Below are positions 46,436-56,543 of a stretch of 64,000 bases of DNA, piece by piece. The position numbers were made by a program, and so were the translations under genes. The stretch is from positions 2,655 to 66,654 of the IMG/VR virus record IMGVR_UViG_3300023180_000050; one strand, given 5' to 3'. Origin of the DNA: a virus. Numbering within the stretch: position 1 is the first letter of the stretch; every line of letters begins with the position of its first letter. Under the pieces are notes generated by a model, which saw only the letters and a program-made list of their open reading frames with translations, was not told where the DNA came from and searched no databases.

Positions 46436-47536
46436 ATGAGTAGAATTAAATCACATAAGCAATTTTTAATCGAGAGAGATCTTTCACAAGAGGTTGATCA
46501 GGTTGTTCTTGCTGAGATGCTCTTAGAATATTACAATATTAATGAGGGTAAGGCTTTGGATACCCTTAAAAATAGTGTATCTAAAGCTCTATTAGGGCCC
46601 TTTTCGAGATTGTCAGTTATTGATACTATTAGAAAGGGAAATCTAGATATCCAAAAAGAAATCATAACCAAGCAATACGACGTTGAAGATGAGGTTCTTG
46701 ATCTAGAAGGTAAGATAGATGACCTTAGGAGCAAAGGTGCATCAAGGAATGATATTGCCAGAATTCGTACCCAAATCGAGAGGAAGAATAAGGAATTCCG
46801 TTCTTTTGTCAAAATGAAGAGGGAACAGATGAATAAAGGGATGAAACTCCTGGAAAAAACCATTGGTAAAAACCCTAGGAGAAAGGAATATTACGAGGCA
46901 GGTTTCATCGACGATAAGTATGACCTTGCTAAATTTGAATATGAGTTAGCTCAAAAGAAATCTAGCGACCAAGATAGCATTAAAAAGCTAAAATCCGATT
47001 TGGAAACAGCATCGAAGAAGGCAGAGTCTTTTGCTTCTAAAACTAAGGAATCCTCTAAGAGAGAAGCTTCTATTAAAGATGCAGATCTTGGGGATCTTTC
47101 GCAGATTAGAAAAAATGTTGGCAGCAAGGATCTTGGAGTGGTTGTCTCATTAAGGGAAAAATCAAGAGCAAAGATTAAGGATTTGAAGTCTAGCATGTCA
47201 AAAGTTCTTTCTGACATTAAGTCTTTTATGTCAAAGTCTCCCTCTTACGATGAGGTTCAGAAATCCGGAAAGATCTCTAATGGTATAAAAGATTTGGAGG
47301 AAAGTGCTAACGAGCTTGATTCACTGGAGAATTTAGTATCTGTTTATAGCAATGTAATTAGTAATAAGGGAAAGGATCTTTCCAATGAATCTTCTTTGAC
47401 CTCCCTTTTTTCTAAAATTAATAATGCAATTAATGACGGAAACGATGCGGGGTCTGGAATAACCAAGGAGGTGATTGATCTTAAATCAGATATAACCCTT
47501 AAAAAGGTCGGTAATCTAATAAAAAAATTAGCCTAA
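46436..47536 (+). CDS. Hypothetical basic coiled-coil protein (possible internal head protein)
   Basis: GATATATA at 46406; starts MSRIKSHKQFLIE. Confidence 0.6.
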   Translation: MSRIKSHKQFLIERDLSQEVDQVVLAEMLLEYYNINEGKALDTLKNSVSKALLGPFSRLSVIDTIRKGNLDIQKEIITKQYDVEDEVLDLEGKIDDLRSKGASRNDIARIRTQIERKNKEFRSFVKMKREQMNKGMKLLEKTIGKNPRRKEYYEAGFIDDKYDLAKFEYELAQKKSSDQDSIKKLKSDLETASKKAESFASKTKESSKREASIKDADLGDLSQIRKNVGSKDLGVVVSLREKSRAKIKDLKSSMSKVLSDIKSFMSKSPSYDEVQKSGKISNGIKDLEESANELDSLENLVSVYSNVISNKGKDLSNESSLTSLFSKINNAINDGNDAGSGITKEVIDLKSDITLKKVGNLIKKLA

Positions 47537-47537
47537 C

Positions 47538-48431
47538 ATGTTGTTAAGTTTTAAACAGTGGGAGTCACAAAATATAAATGAAAAAGATGGTGGTCTGGAT
47601 AAGATCATGAATTGGCTGAGTTCTAATTTTGGTGGCACTATTTCTAAGATTGATTCATTGCTTTCTGATATCAATGCTATCGAAACGCAGTATTCGAAAG
47701 AATGGAATGATATACAAACTGATATAGATGCTTTAGAGGTTAAAAAGGCACAAACCAAAAGTGATCCTGCCGAAGCTAAAAAATTGGAAAGGATGATTGA
47801 TAGGAATCAAAAACTTCTTTCAGCTTTAGGCAAGAAAAGGAAAGCTGATATAGAAAAGATTGATAATAAAGTCGAGAAACTTACTAAGGGTAAACAAAGA
47901 CTTATTTCTTATTGGAATCTTAAGAAATCTGAACTTGAAGCAGACTTAGCAGAGAAGCTATATAAGATGGCTAAAAGTTTAACCGACGATTCAATTGCTG
48001 ATGAGTTATATGATAAGTATAAAAAGGCAGCTTTAGATGCTAAGAGTAAGGATGAGAAATTTAGGGAAAAATTTGGTAAGCTAGATCTTGCTAAGCCATC
48101 TACTCTAAAATCAGATGCTGAATCAAGAGTAATCTCGAGTGCTAATTTTTCAATGGATCCTATATTTTCTATGAATGCACCACAGTTTACCAAATTTGTG
48201 CAAGATCTAGAAAAAAGCCAAGTGGGTGCATTAATTAAAGCTATGCAATCTGAAAGGAATGAAAGATATGCCACTTTAGATACCGAAAGGGATAGACTGG
48301 AAGCTCAAGCTAAAAAGAAAGGATTGTCTGCTGATAGTGTCAAAAAGGATATGTCTGATTTAAGAGAAACCTTAATGAGGCAAATTAGAGATCTCAGAAC
48401 TAAAATAACTATTGCTAGAAGATATGCTTAA
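47538..48431 (+). CDS. Hypothetical coiled-coil protein (possible internal head protein)
   Basis: Starts MLLSFKQWESQNINE. Confidence 0.6.
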   Translation: MLLSFKQWESQNINEKDGGLDKIMNWLSSNFGGTISKIDSLLSDINAIETQYSKEWNDIQTDIDALEVKKAQTKSDPAEAKKLERMIDRNQKLLSALGKKRKADIEKIDNKVEKLTKGKQRLISYWNLKKSELEADLAEKLYKMAKSLTDDSIADELYDKYKKAALDAKSKDEKFREKFGKLDLAKPSTLKSDAESRVISSANFSMDPIFSMNAPQFTKFVQDLEKSQVGALIKAMQSERNERYATLDTERDRLEAQAKKKGLSADSVKKDMSDLRETLMRQIRDLRTKITIARRYA

Positions 48432-48693
48432 GCACATTAAGAAACTTGAGGAATTCCCTTTGTTTGAGGGCGTAAATGAAGATCTGGTGAAAGCAAAAGC
48501 AGACGTTAATGCTAAGCAGGCGGAAATTGCTGAGGAAATTGCAAAGCAAAAGGAAACCACGGATTTGAAACAAAAAGCAGCTAGTATCAGGAACCAAGCA
48601 AGATTGGTTGGTCAAATGCCAGCTCTACTAAATGCTTTAGCTAATGCTATGGACGCAAAGGCTGACTCTGGCGATACAACAAATATTTATTAA
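48424..48693 (+). CDS. Small hypothetical protein (possible internal head protein)
   Basis: Starts MLKHIKKLEEFPLFE. Confidence 0.55.
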   Translation: MLKHIKKLEEFPLFEGVNEDLVKAKADVNAKQAEIAEEIAKQKETTDLKQKAASIRNQARLVGQMPALLNALANAMDAKADSGDTTNIY

Positions 48694-48695
48694 AG

Positions 48696-51080
48696 ATGTC
48701 AAACAATTATCTTAGAAATAACCCAGTAGCAAATCAATTATCCATAGATACTTTTAGACTCTATGAGAATAAGGATGTTGACGATGCTTTGAAAATATCA
48801 ATCGACACTCTTTTAGCAGCGTGTAAGAAGATTATTTTCGATTTTGCTTCTGATGGGAACAGAACGTATGAGTCTTTTGCAAAGAAGATAGAAATGATTA
48901 GTGATACTTCTACTATCAAGGGATTGATTGCTAACATTAAAGATGTTTGTGAGGATACCGAATTGCGTGATTCTATTCTTGCAAAAAACAAAAAATCTTA
49001 TTTGGATTCGATTGATCTAATTGGCGATGCAATCAAAAGAATGATTGAACTTGACCCATCACTCGAGTCAAAAGCTATCCAAAATTTTAAATCTGCTGGA
49101 AAAAGATTGGTTGAGAGTGTAAAGAGAACTGCTGATGAGTATCAGGAGAAACTGAATGAGTCTAATGAGATTGGAGTTCCTGGAAGAGTTCATAGATTGA
49201 AGAAAATGCTCATTAACCACATTGTCGATTCTAAAGGTAAGGATGCAAAGTCTGGATATGGTAGAGATTGGCACAGACTGTTTTCAACTTTAGCACAAAA
49301 GCTTTCTTCTATCAATAGTGGTAAAGCTACTTTCTCTGATAATGACAGAAAAACACTTACCGAACTTGAAAAGAAAACCGATAACCTTGCACAGGAATAT
49401 GCTCAGTACTCTGTTAAAGCGGTAGAGTCTATTATGTCAAAACTTATGAAGGACGATGACTTGGAAGCCAAGTTTGCAGATTTCTTTGAGATGATGACTA
49501 ACGCTTTGGACAAAGTTACTAAATCTAATACTGATGAAGGTCTAATCGAAGTAAAGGTTAGAGAAGATCTGGAGGACAAGGAAACCAAAATGAATGATAG
49601 AGTTTTCCCTCTAAAGATTGGTGACAAGGACAATGATACAAAACTTAAAGGCTCTGGACTAATCTCTGCTGTTCAAAAAGCACTCATTGATGCATTTGTC
49701 CCAATTAAAAACCTAATGGATCCAAGAGGTGGTGCTAACGGTAAGTATGAAACTGCAACTGAAGTAGCAGTGAAGTCAATCCAATCTACTTTAGGTAATA
49801 AAGATGTAAATGGAAAATTAGATAAGCCATTACTTGACATAATTCTTAAGCTGGATCAGGTATCAAAAGAAAATAAGGAGGCTATCAAGGAAGCGATCAG
49901 TCAACTTAGAGGTTCTTATTCTTCTGTGAGAGAGTCTAGTAATGCATTATCAGCTGCAGATTTCATGAGGCTGATGGAGGCTATGACTTATATTGATCCT
50001 AATGAGATAGAGGCTAGTATCAAGAATTACAGTCAGGAGCTGGCCGAAGATGATGATTCGATGTCCCAACCAACAACCTCTGATTATTCTTTAGCTGAAG
50101 CCCTTGCTAAACTTTTAAGAACAAAGGACTATAACAAAAATGCAGAAGCTGAAGATTTCTTGAAAGAGGATGGAACTCTAAAAGGATCATGTCCTCACGA
50201 TTATGTTGATTGCTGGACCAAGGCAGTTTCTGGGGATAAGCCAGTTTCTTTCTTTGTTATGGTTGATGATAATGACAACTGTTCTCTTTTCCCAACCAAA
50301 AGAATATCAGGCAGTGTAAACAAACCTTGCAACTGGAAAAGGTATAAATCTATTGCAGGTGACGATATAGAGGATGTACACAAATTTGGAAATTGGTACA
50401 CTTCATACTGGAAAAACTTTGGTGGTGTTGGTTCTGAGATTAAATCAAAAGTCTTGGACGAGGTAATGTCATCGAATTGTAAGCTTGCTAAGGAAGAGAA
50501 TCTAAGCGATGTTGCTGCTATTTATGAGGAGTTAGAGGGAGCTTTTGTTCCAAACAAGGACGAAGTTGCCGGTGGCTATATTAGACCAAATTCTATGAGA
50601 TCTTTGGTATCTAGCATTAAAGGTATGGTTGGTAATGATGGTATATCTAATCTCAGTCCTGGGGAGCTCAGAGCTTTGTACAACACAGTAATTGTGTGTT
50701 CACCTATGATAACTTATAATAGAGACAAAGATGAGTGGGTCCCAGCAGTAAAGATGCTATGTAACTCCTTGGACATAACTGAGGATGAGCTTATTTCTGA
50801 TATAAGAAAGAACGGCTCACTTGGTAAGAGTGGAAAAATGTCTGTTGAAAAGGTAGCTTTGTTTGATACCAATTCTGGAGACAATGAAATATTAAAATCC
50901 ACTATAATCGGAAGCACAGAAGATCCAGATAAGGTAAATGTTATGAAGGAGAGCCTGGGTAAGGTTAAGCCAATTATGAACAGTCTTTCTAAACACTGTA
51001 AAAGAATCGGTGTAGATAGAATGGATGATATTACTCCGGATATCTCTGACTCGATGATCGTTATAACAAGAGAGGGATAA
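48696..51080 (+). CDS. Large virion-associated protein with peptidoglycan-binding-like domain
   Basis: PLKIGD..ISAVQKAL..ANGKYETATEVAVKSIQ..VNGKLD resembles PG_binding_1. Confidence 0.55.
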   Translation: MSNNYLRNNPVANQLSIDTFRLYENKDVDDALKISIDTLLAACKKIIFDFASDGNRTYESFAKKIEMISDTSTIKGLIANIKDVCEDTELRDSILAKNKKSYLDSIDLIGDAIKRMIELDPSLESKAIQNFKSAGKRLVESVKRTADEYQEKLNESNEIGVPGRVHRLKKMLINHIVDSKGKDAKSGYGRDWHRLFSTLAQKLSSINSGKATFSDNDRKTLTELEKKTDNLAQEYAQYSVKAVESIMSKLMKDDDLEAKFADFFEMMTNALDKVTKSNTDEGLIEVKVREDLEDKETKMNDRVFPLKIGDKDNDTKLKGSGLISAVQKALIDAFVPIKNLMDPRGGANGKYETATEVAVKSIQSTLGNKDVNGKLDKPLLDIILKLDQVSKENKEAIKEAISQLRGSYSSVRESSNALSAADFMRLMEAMTYIDPNEIEASIKNYSQELAEDDDSMSQPTTSDYSLAEALAKLLRTKDYNKNAEAEDFLKEDGTLKGSCPHDYVDCWTKAVSGDKPVSFFVMVDDNDNCSLFPTKRISGSVNKPCNWKRYKSIAGDDIEDVHKFGNWYTSYWKNFGGVGSEIKSKVLDEVMSSNCKLAKEENLSDVAAIYEELEGAFVPNKDEVAGGYIRPNSMRSLVSSIKGMVGNDGISNLSPGELRALYNTVIVCSPMITYNRDKDEWVPAVKMLCNSLDITEDELISDIRKNGSLGKSGKMSVEKVALFDTNSGDNEILKSTIIGSTEDPDKVNVMKESLGKVKPIMNSLSKHCKRIGVDRMDDITPDISDSMIVITREG

Positions 51081-51084
51081 GCTA

Positions 51085-51113
51085 GAAACTTATCCCCCAT
51101 TTCTTCCTATAAT
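51085..51113 (+). promoter_or_regulatory. Putative phage-sigma promoter GAAAC-N17-CTATAAT
   Basis: Conserved motif and spacing; intergenic. Confidence 0.65.
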
Positions 51114-51132
51114 TCATTGAAAATCTTTTTTA

Positions 51133-52068
51133 GTGAATAACCTTGGTAAGTTTTATTTTCTAACTTTCTGTAGTCTAGGTCCACCCCATGATTCTGGACA
51201 GGATTTAAGTAAAAATATTTCCAACATCAAGACACTCCTTGGTCACTACTTTGACGATATAATTTTTTACACCCCGTCAAAACTTAAAGAGTGTGATGGT
51301 AGTGATGACTTCTGCAATGTCCTTGATGGTGTTTTCCCGCTCAACCCTGGTATCAATTCCAATGGATGTGGGGATTTTAAATCTTTTATTATTGACAAGA
51401 CCTTGTCCGAGATTGACGAGAATGATGTACTGTTTTACCACGACTGTAACTTCGAGAAGTATACACAATATTGGCAGACGGACTGGGAAAATATTAGGGA
51501 ATCTATCGATTTTTTGCTGACCCAAAATAAATCTGATTTTTTCATTCCTTTTGAAAGTGAAGCTTTTGGTCAAATTCCACAAGTAAGATTACACGGAAAA
51601 AGATATACAACCGAAGCTATTTTAGAAGATCCTGTGGAATCTGATATAGTTTCTAGATGCTGGGAAATAGCTTCGAATCGGATGATTATAAAAAACACCC
51701 AAGCATCCAGGGATTTCTTTGCTGATTATAAAAATCTTTGTGGAAGGAAGGATCTGCTCATGAAATATCCAAACCCAGATCCATACCCTCAATTCACACA
51801 CAGCTGCCCTGAACAGCATGTTCTAAATTGTCTAATCTACAAATATATTTTGGATGGAAAACTAGATCCTGAGTTTCCAAGATTTTCTTTCCCGAATAGA
51901 AAATTTATCTTAAATTCTGGTGTTGAAGTAAGAGTAAACTCTGAATTGTCGAAATATATGCAAACCAAGTCGATAAAAGAGTTTGAAAGAAGAAAAACAA
52001 CTAATGGGATCAAAGATCAAGATATTCGAGGGACCAAGGAATTCGGGCAAGACCTTTTTAGCACGTAA
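51133..52068 (+). CDS. Putative glycosyltransferase-like protein (GT-A-like)
   Basis: FKSFII..L..IDENDVLFYHDC and HSCPEQHVLNCL resemble GT-A-type xDx and H..DQ motifs. Confidence 0.45.
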   Translation: MNNLGKFYFLTFCSLGPPHDSGQDLSKNISNIKTLLGHYFDDIIFYTPSKLKECDGSDDFCNVLDGVFPLNPGINSNGCGDFKSFIIDKTLSEIDENDVLFYHDCNFEKYTQYWQTDWENIRESIDFLLTQNKSDFFIPFESEAFGQIPQVRLHGKRYTTEAILEDPVESDIVSRCWEIASNRMIIKNTQASRDFFADYKNLCGRKDLLMKYPNPDPYPQFTHSCPEQHVLNCLIYKYILDGKLDPEFPRFSFPNRKFILNSGVEVRVNSELSKYMQTKSIKEFERRKTTNGIKDQDIRGTKEFGQDLFST

Positions 52069-52552
52069 GTATTCTGAGGTACATAACATTCCTATCTTTA
52101 AGTTCGATTTTGTTGGTTGGTTCAACAGACTTGCTTTGGATGACCAATCACACGAGACCCACAGCTTTGCTCTAGGCAAAGAGTTAATGCTATTGCAATT
52201 GTGTCGAGATGGGTTGCTACCTACTTTTATATTAGATCGTGGATTTCTAACAGTTCTTACTTGGGGAATACTCTCTGGCCGTATTACCGAAGATGAGGCA
52301 ATGAATCAATTGAAAATGATTGCTGAAGAGGGATTGCTTAAAGATTGTGAAATCTATTTTGTAACTGGTGACAATCCAAATAAGGGGGACAGAAACAAGG
52401 ATAATTGGGATTTTCGGGATGGGGATTCAAAGGAGCAAGAGATTATGGAAAATCTGAGAGACTATGTTATGAATCAACCATACAATGTTTATGTCCATCG
52501 GATATTCAACAGCTTTGATAATAAAACAGTAAACGACTTAAGTCATATCTAA
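52004..52552 (+). CDS. P-loop nucleotide monophosphate kinase (thymidylate-kinase-like)
   Basis: IFEGPRNSGKT and ILDRG. Confidence 0.75.
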   Translation: MGSKIKIFEGPRNSGKTFLARKYSEVHNIPIFKFDFVGWFNRLALDDQSHETHSFALGKELMLLQLCRDGLLPTFILDRGFLTVLTWGILSGRITEDEAMNQLKMIAEEGLLKDCEIYFVTGDNPNKGDRNKDNWDFRDGDSKEQEIMENLRDYVMNQPYNVYVHRIFNSFDNKTVNDLSHI

Positions 52553-53953
52553 ATGTGTGGAATAGTAATCACAAAAACACCAGGTGAAGAAATACTGGAT
52601 ACCATAAAACATCGTGGTATTGAAAAAACCGTTGTTGAAAAAAACGGTCTTAGTATTTGTCACCACAGGCTTCCAATCCAGACAGTTGATGGTGATGATT
52701 GGAATCAACCAATAGAGATAGCAGACGGTATCTATTTGCTTTTTAACGGGGAGATTTTTAATTATGACCGCGAAAGATTCGATTCTGACGTAGAATATCT
52801 TACTAATATTTTCGGTAGGTATCGAGGAGGGAGCTTTGAAATGTTTTGCTCCTTGTTCATACCGGAAATCCAAACTTGGGATGGATTTTGGGCAATAACG
52901 ATATATGATGCAAACACTAATGATGTTATTGCTTTTACCGACCCTCTAGGACGTAAATGTCTTTATTATAATTCTCTTGGTGATATTGCTTCGGAGATAA
53001 AACCCCTTGTGTATGAAAATTCTCAGATAGACGAGACCTTTATCAGCACGGTAAGAAAATGGGGGTACAACACGGATGAAAGGACATCTTATAGTGATAT
53101 CAAAAGGATACTACCAAATAACATATACAGTTTTAATTTAGATGCCCCTGAATTTAAGAATGTGTATAGCACCTATTATAGAGGCTTTGATTTCCCGATC
53201 CAAGAATTGGTTGGTAAAAGCTACGAAGAGCACATGGAGTGGCTTTGGTCTAAAATGTTCGAATCAGTAAGGAACAGATTGGTTTCTAAGGATTATCCTA
53301 TATCTCTTCTTATTTCAGGTGGACTAGACTCCTCTATTATTGCATCCGTTTTAAATGAAATTGGAGCTGATGTTAGATGGTTTAGTATTGAAAATGGGGA
53401 AAAAGAGTTTGTAGACATTCTCTCTGAAAGACTTGGTAAGGAGGTTTCTTTTTTAGATTACAACATGGATGAATCTATGAATGAGGAGATTTATAAAAAA
53501 TGGAACGAGTCACCAATAGACCTTGGATCTGTTATACCACAGTATCATTTGTTTGATGCTGTTAAGAGGTTTGGTGGTTACAGAATAGTTCTCTCTGGAG
53601 ATGGAGCTGACGAGCTTTTCGGTGGGTATAAAAGAATCCACGAATATGATTCACAAAAGTCAGATGTATTTGACGAGTTAACTTACTACCATTTGCCAAG
53701 ATTGGATAAGATGTCTATGGCTCACACCTTGGAACTTAGGAGTCCCTTCTTGAATCTAGATCTTGTAAGATTTGCTTTGCATTTACCTATAGAGTGGAGG
53801 ACTGATAAGAAAATCCTTAAGGACACATTTTCACCACTGCTTCCTGATGAAATAGTAAACCGGAAAAAAGCACCTCTTAAAAACCCTAAGATTAAGGAGG
53901 ATAAAATTGCTTACCGGTATAAAGCAGTAGATCTTTTTCTGAGGAATAGATAA
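52553..53953 (+). CDS. asnB: Asparagine synthase-like glutamine amidotransferase
   Basis: MCGI, HRG, HHRL, FNGEIFNY, SGGLDSS, SGDGADELFGGY, RLDKMSMAH.LE.RSPFL. Confidence 0.9.
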   Translation: MCGIVITKTPGEEILDTIKHRGIEKTVVEKNGLSICHHRLPIQTVDGDDWNQPIEIADGIYLLFNGEIFNYDRERFDSDVEYLTNIFGRYRGGSFEMFCSLFIPEIQTWDGFWAITIYDANTNDVIAFTDPLGRKCLYYNSLGDIASEIKPLVYENSQIDETFISTVRKWGYNTDERTSYSDIKRILPNNIYSFNLDAPEFKNVYSTYYRGFDFPIQELVGKSYEEHMEWLWSKMFESVRNRLVSKDYPISLLISGGLDSSIIASVLNEIGADVRWFSIENGEKEFVDILSERLGKEVSFLDYNMDESMNEEIYKKWNESPIDLGSVIPQYHLFDAVKRFGGYRIVLSGDGADELFGGYKRIHEYDSQKSDVFDELTYYHLPRLDKMSMAHTLELRSPFLNLDLVRFALHLPIEWRTDKKILKDTFSPLLPDEIVNRKKAPLKNPKIKEDKIAYRYKAVDLFLRNR

Positions 53954-53992
53954 ATTCGTCTAAGGAGCGATATATAAAGAAAAAAGCTCCAA

Positions 53993-54673
53993 ATGGCAAA
54001 TAATATTAAGTCCTTTGAGGATTTTAAATCTGAGTCTGTTAATGAGAATTGGTTCAGTGATAGTCTAAGTGGTTTACTTGGCTATGCTGGAAATGCTTTC
54101 TCTGACGTTTTAAAGGGAAAAGCCTCTGCATATCTTTTAAGCTTCTTTGGAATTGGTGAACAATCAATCTTCAGTAAGCTTGTACAAAACTTTGTTGAAC
54201 AAATCCCAGTTGCTGATTTAACTAAAATTATTTTTGCAGGAAAGGCTAATTCCGCTTACCTTGCCCCTAAGATGGCTGATGCATCAATTGAATTCTTGAC
54301 TGAAAAAGGTTTGGATGGTATCGCTCAGGATCTTGGTATTGAGCAAGATGGGTGGATTTATAGAACAATCTCTGAAATGCTTACTAACCAAGTTAGAAGG
54401 GAGAACTTTAGAAATTCTTTGGAAGAATTTTATTTACAGGCTTTTAACGGGTTTGAAGGTGCTTCGGACAAGGAAGATTTTATGAGATCCCTTTCATCAA
54501 CAGAGGAAAGAACACTAAGGAGTGGAATCGATAGAGTGGTAGGTGCTAAAGGTGAAGATGTAGATGTAGATAGGTCTTCTGGAGACTTTGTATCCGATTT
54601 TCTTTCTAGCTTATCTGGAAATGGGCAATCACTGCAATCTTTAGGATTAAGCTCTGGTGGAACTATACAATAA
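53993..54673 (+). CDS. Hypothetical protein (possible internal head protein)
   Basis: GATATATA at 53969; starts MANNIKSFEDFKSESVNE. Confidence 0.6.
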   Translation: MANNIKSFEDFKSESVNENWFSDSLSGLLGYAGNAFSDVLKGKASAYLLSFFGIGEQSIFSKLVQNFVEQIPVADLTKIIFAGKANSAYLAPKMADASIEFLTEKGLDGIAQDLGIEQDGWIYRTISEMLTNQVRRENFRNSLEEFYLQAFNGFEGASDKEDFMRSLSSTEERTLRSGIDRVVGAKGEDVDVDRSSGDFVSDFLSSLSGNGQSLQSLGLSSGGTIQ

Positions 54674-54686
54674 AAATTTTTAGATC

Positions 54687-55055
54687 ATGAATATAAATGA
54701 CGTTTCGAAGAGGGAAGTTTTAGACTTCGATCAATTTAAGAAAAAAGTACACGATGAGACATTTAAGCCTTTTGCTGCTGAAAATCAAGAGGGCGGTGAA
54801 GGTAAAACTGGCTTGCATAAGATAAAAAGAGAACCTGCTTATGATTGGGTTGGCTATGCAGATGCAGTATTTAGCCCAGAGAAAGCTGGTATTGAGGTAC
54901 CTGGTTACAATGCTGATGGAGATAGAGAGTACAACATTGCTAATGCAGGTCCATCTATTGTGAATGCACCAAATTCTGCTCAAACTCTTTCTAGTGCACT
55001 TGGTGAATCTGAGATCAATGAATCTTTTTCCATAAAGAGACTAGAGGATTTTTAG
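54687..55055 (+). CDS. Hypothetical protein
   Basis: Contains VLDFDQF and a terminal INESFSIKRLEDF. Confidence 0.6.
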   Translation: MNINDVSKREVLDFDQFKKKVHDETFKPFAAENQEGGEGKTGLHKIKREPAYDWVGYADAVFSPEKAGIEVPGYNADGDREYNIANAGPSIVNAPNSAQTLSSALGESEINESFSIKRLEDF

Positions 55056-55077
55056 TAATATCTTTTAAAGAGTCTAT

Positions 55078-55111
55078 AAAGACAAGTTTCTTTTGAAACT
55101 TGTCTTTTTTT
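55078..55111 (+). terminator. Rho-independent terminator overlapping a GAAAC-type promoter
   Basis: AAAGACAAGTTTC-TTTT-GAAACTTGTCTTT followed by a T tract. Confidence 0.8.
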
Positions 55112-55145
55112 GTGTGATATAAAAAACAAAGATTCGGAGCACATA

Positions 55146-55814
55146 ATGAATATTAAATTAGTACATATACTTACAGAGCCTGAAACCAGAAGAGAACAAG
55201 CTTCTATAAACTCGTTATCTCCTCTTGGTGAAATGGGCTTAACTTATCAACAACAGGTTAATGAGAGATATAAGGGGGAAGAGTGGAAGGAAGTTCCTGC
55301 TCTTTCCCAATCCCCTGCTACCAATCACGGACCTGGCCATTACGGGGCATTCCAATCTTTTAAAAAGGCAATGCTAGACAATTTTACTGGGGATCTTGAT
55401 GCTTTGGTACTTTGTGAGTGTGATTGTGTATTGGAGACCTCACATGAAAACTTCATGAAAACTCTAAGAGGTGGTATTGAATTTTGCAATGAGAATGATC
55501 TTAAATACCTTTCATTAGGTTCTAGGTTTGTAAAGGGGGTTTTACAGTCCCCCGAGACTGATTCTGACCCTAATTTCCCAGATTTCTATGTTACTAATAA
55601 GGTAATTTTGGCTCACTGTGTTGTGCTACCAGCAATATCTAGAGATATCATATTAGATTCTTTGGATAAGTTTAGCTGGGATAGCCCAGATATCTGGTTT
55701 AATGAGGCACTTTGGCGCAGTGGACACAACAGGTTTGGGATAGTAAAAGAAAGACTTGCCAGACAACACGAAGGTGTTTCGTTGATAGACAATGTTTGGA
55801 AGGAGTCTCAGTAA
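55146..55814 (+). CDS. Glycosyltransferase family 25-like
   Basis: GHYGAFQSFKKA..ALVLCECDC resembles the GT25 GC..SH..W..LILEDD region. Confidence 0.55.
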   Translation: MNIKLVHILTEPETRREQASINSLSPLGEMGLTYQQQVNERYKGEEWKEVPALSQSPATNHGPGHYGAFQSFKKAMLDNFTGDLDALVLCECDCVLETSHENFMKTLRGGIEFCNENDLKYLSLGSRFVKGVLQSPETDSDPNFPDFYVTNKVILAHCVVLPAISRDIILDSLDKFSWDSPDIWFNEALWRSGHNRFGIVKERLARQHEGVSLIDNVWKESQ

Positions 55815-56543
55815 TTACTTCTTTTCCCTCTGCTCATTGTTTATTTCCCTAACAAACAGTTCTTTAGCAATTTTAAGAATAACCGAATCCTCGTTAAAAT
55901 CTTCGTATATCTCCATGATATCAATCTCAGGGTCTACGTTTGGTTTTAAGTCTATGGTTTCTATCGCCTCGTGTGCAATAAATTCATAAGAAAGAGAAAA
56001 ATGTGGATTTCTTAACGGAATCTTCTTAAGCATAGTGGCATCAGATCCCTTATTTGTTTTTCCACATTGCCACCAATAGCAAACTACATTATCTGAGGAC
56101 ATGTTTCTAAAAATAAGAATACCACACTCTCTGTTCTCCTTTCTACCAAACCTTTCTAGATTAAAAGCTCTAATTCTACCTTCTAGATTTTTCCACAAGT
56201 CCATTCCAAGATCTGCGTATTTGTAAAGAATACTTAGGGAGTTGTCAATTATGGACAAGATCTCATCTATCTCCGGTTGGTTAAAATCACTCTGTTTGAA
56301 GTATGTGATAATGTCGCTGATCTGCTTAGGTAATTCTCCAGGTGGATCTTGAAATTCATTTTCGATCCAAACTTTAAGAGAGGTTAGCTCCTTTATCATG
56401 GAGAAGATTCTCTTAATAGGATAGTAGATATCCTCATCCTCGATGTCTTTGTTAACAGTGGATAAAAAATCCAATAAGATGTACTGTTTGTATTCTTGAT
56501 CGATTGGATACTCGATGAACCATGTGGGTTTGATGTCTTTCAT
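55815..56543 (-). CDS. Hypothetical protein
   Basis: Only credible minus-strand gene; fills the gap between + genes; WFIEYPIDQEYKQYILLDFL. Confidence 0.7.
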   Translation of the reverse strand: MKDIKPTWFIEYPIDQEYKQYILLDFLSTVNKDIEDEDIYYPIKRIFSMIKELTSLKVWIENEFQDPPGELPKQISDIITYFKQSDFNQPEIDEILSIIDNSLSILYKYADLGMDLWKNLEGRIRAFNLERFGRKENRECGILIFRNMSSDNVVCYWWQCGKTNKGSDATMLKKIPLRNPHFSLSYEFIAHEAIETIDLKPNVDPEIDIMEIYEDFNEDSVILKIAKELFVREINNEQREKK

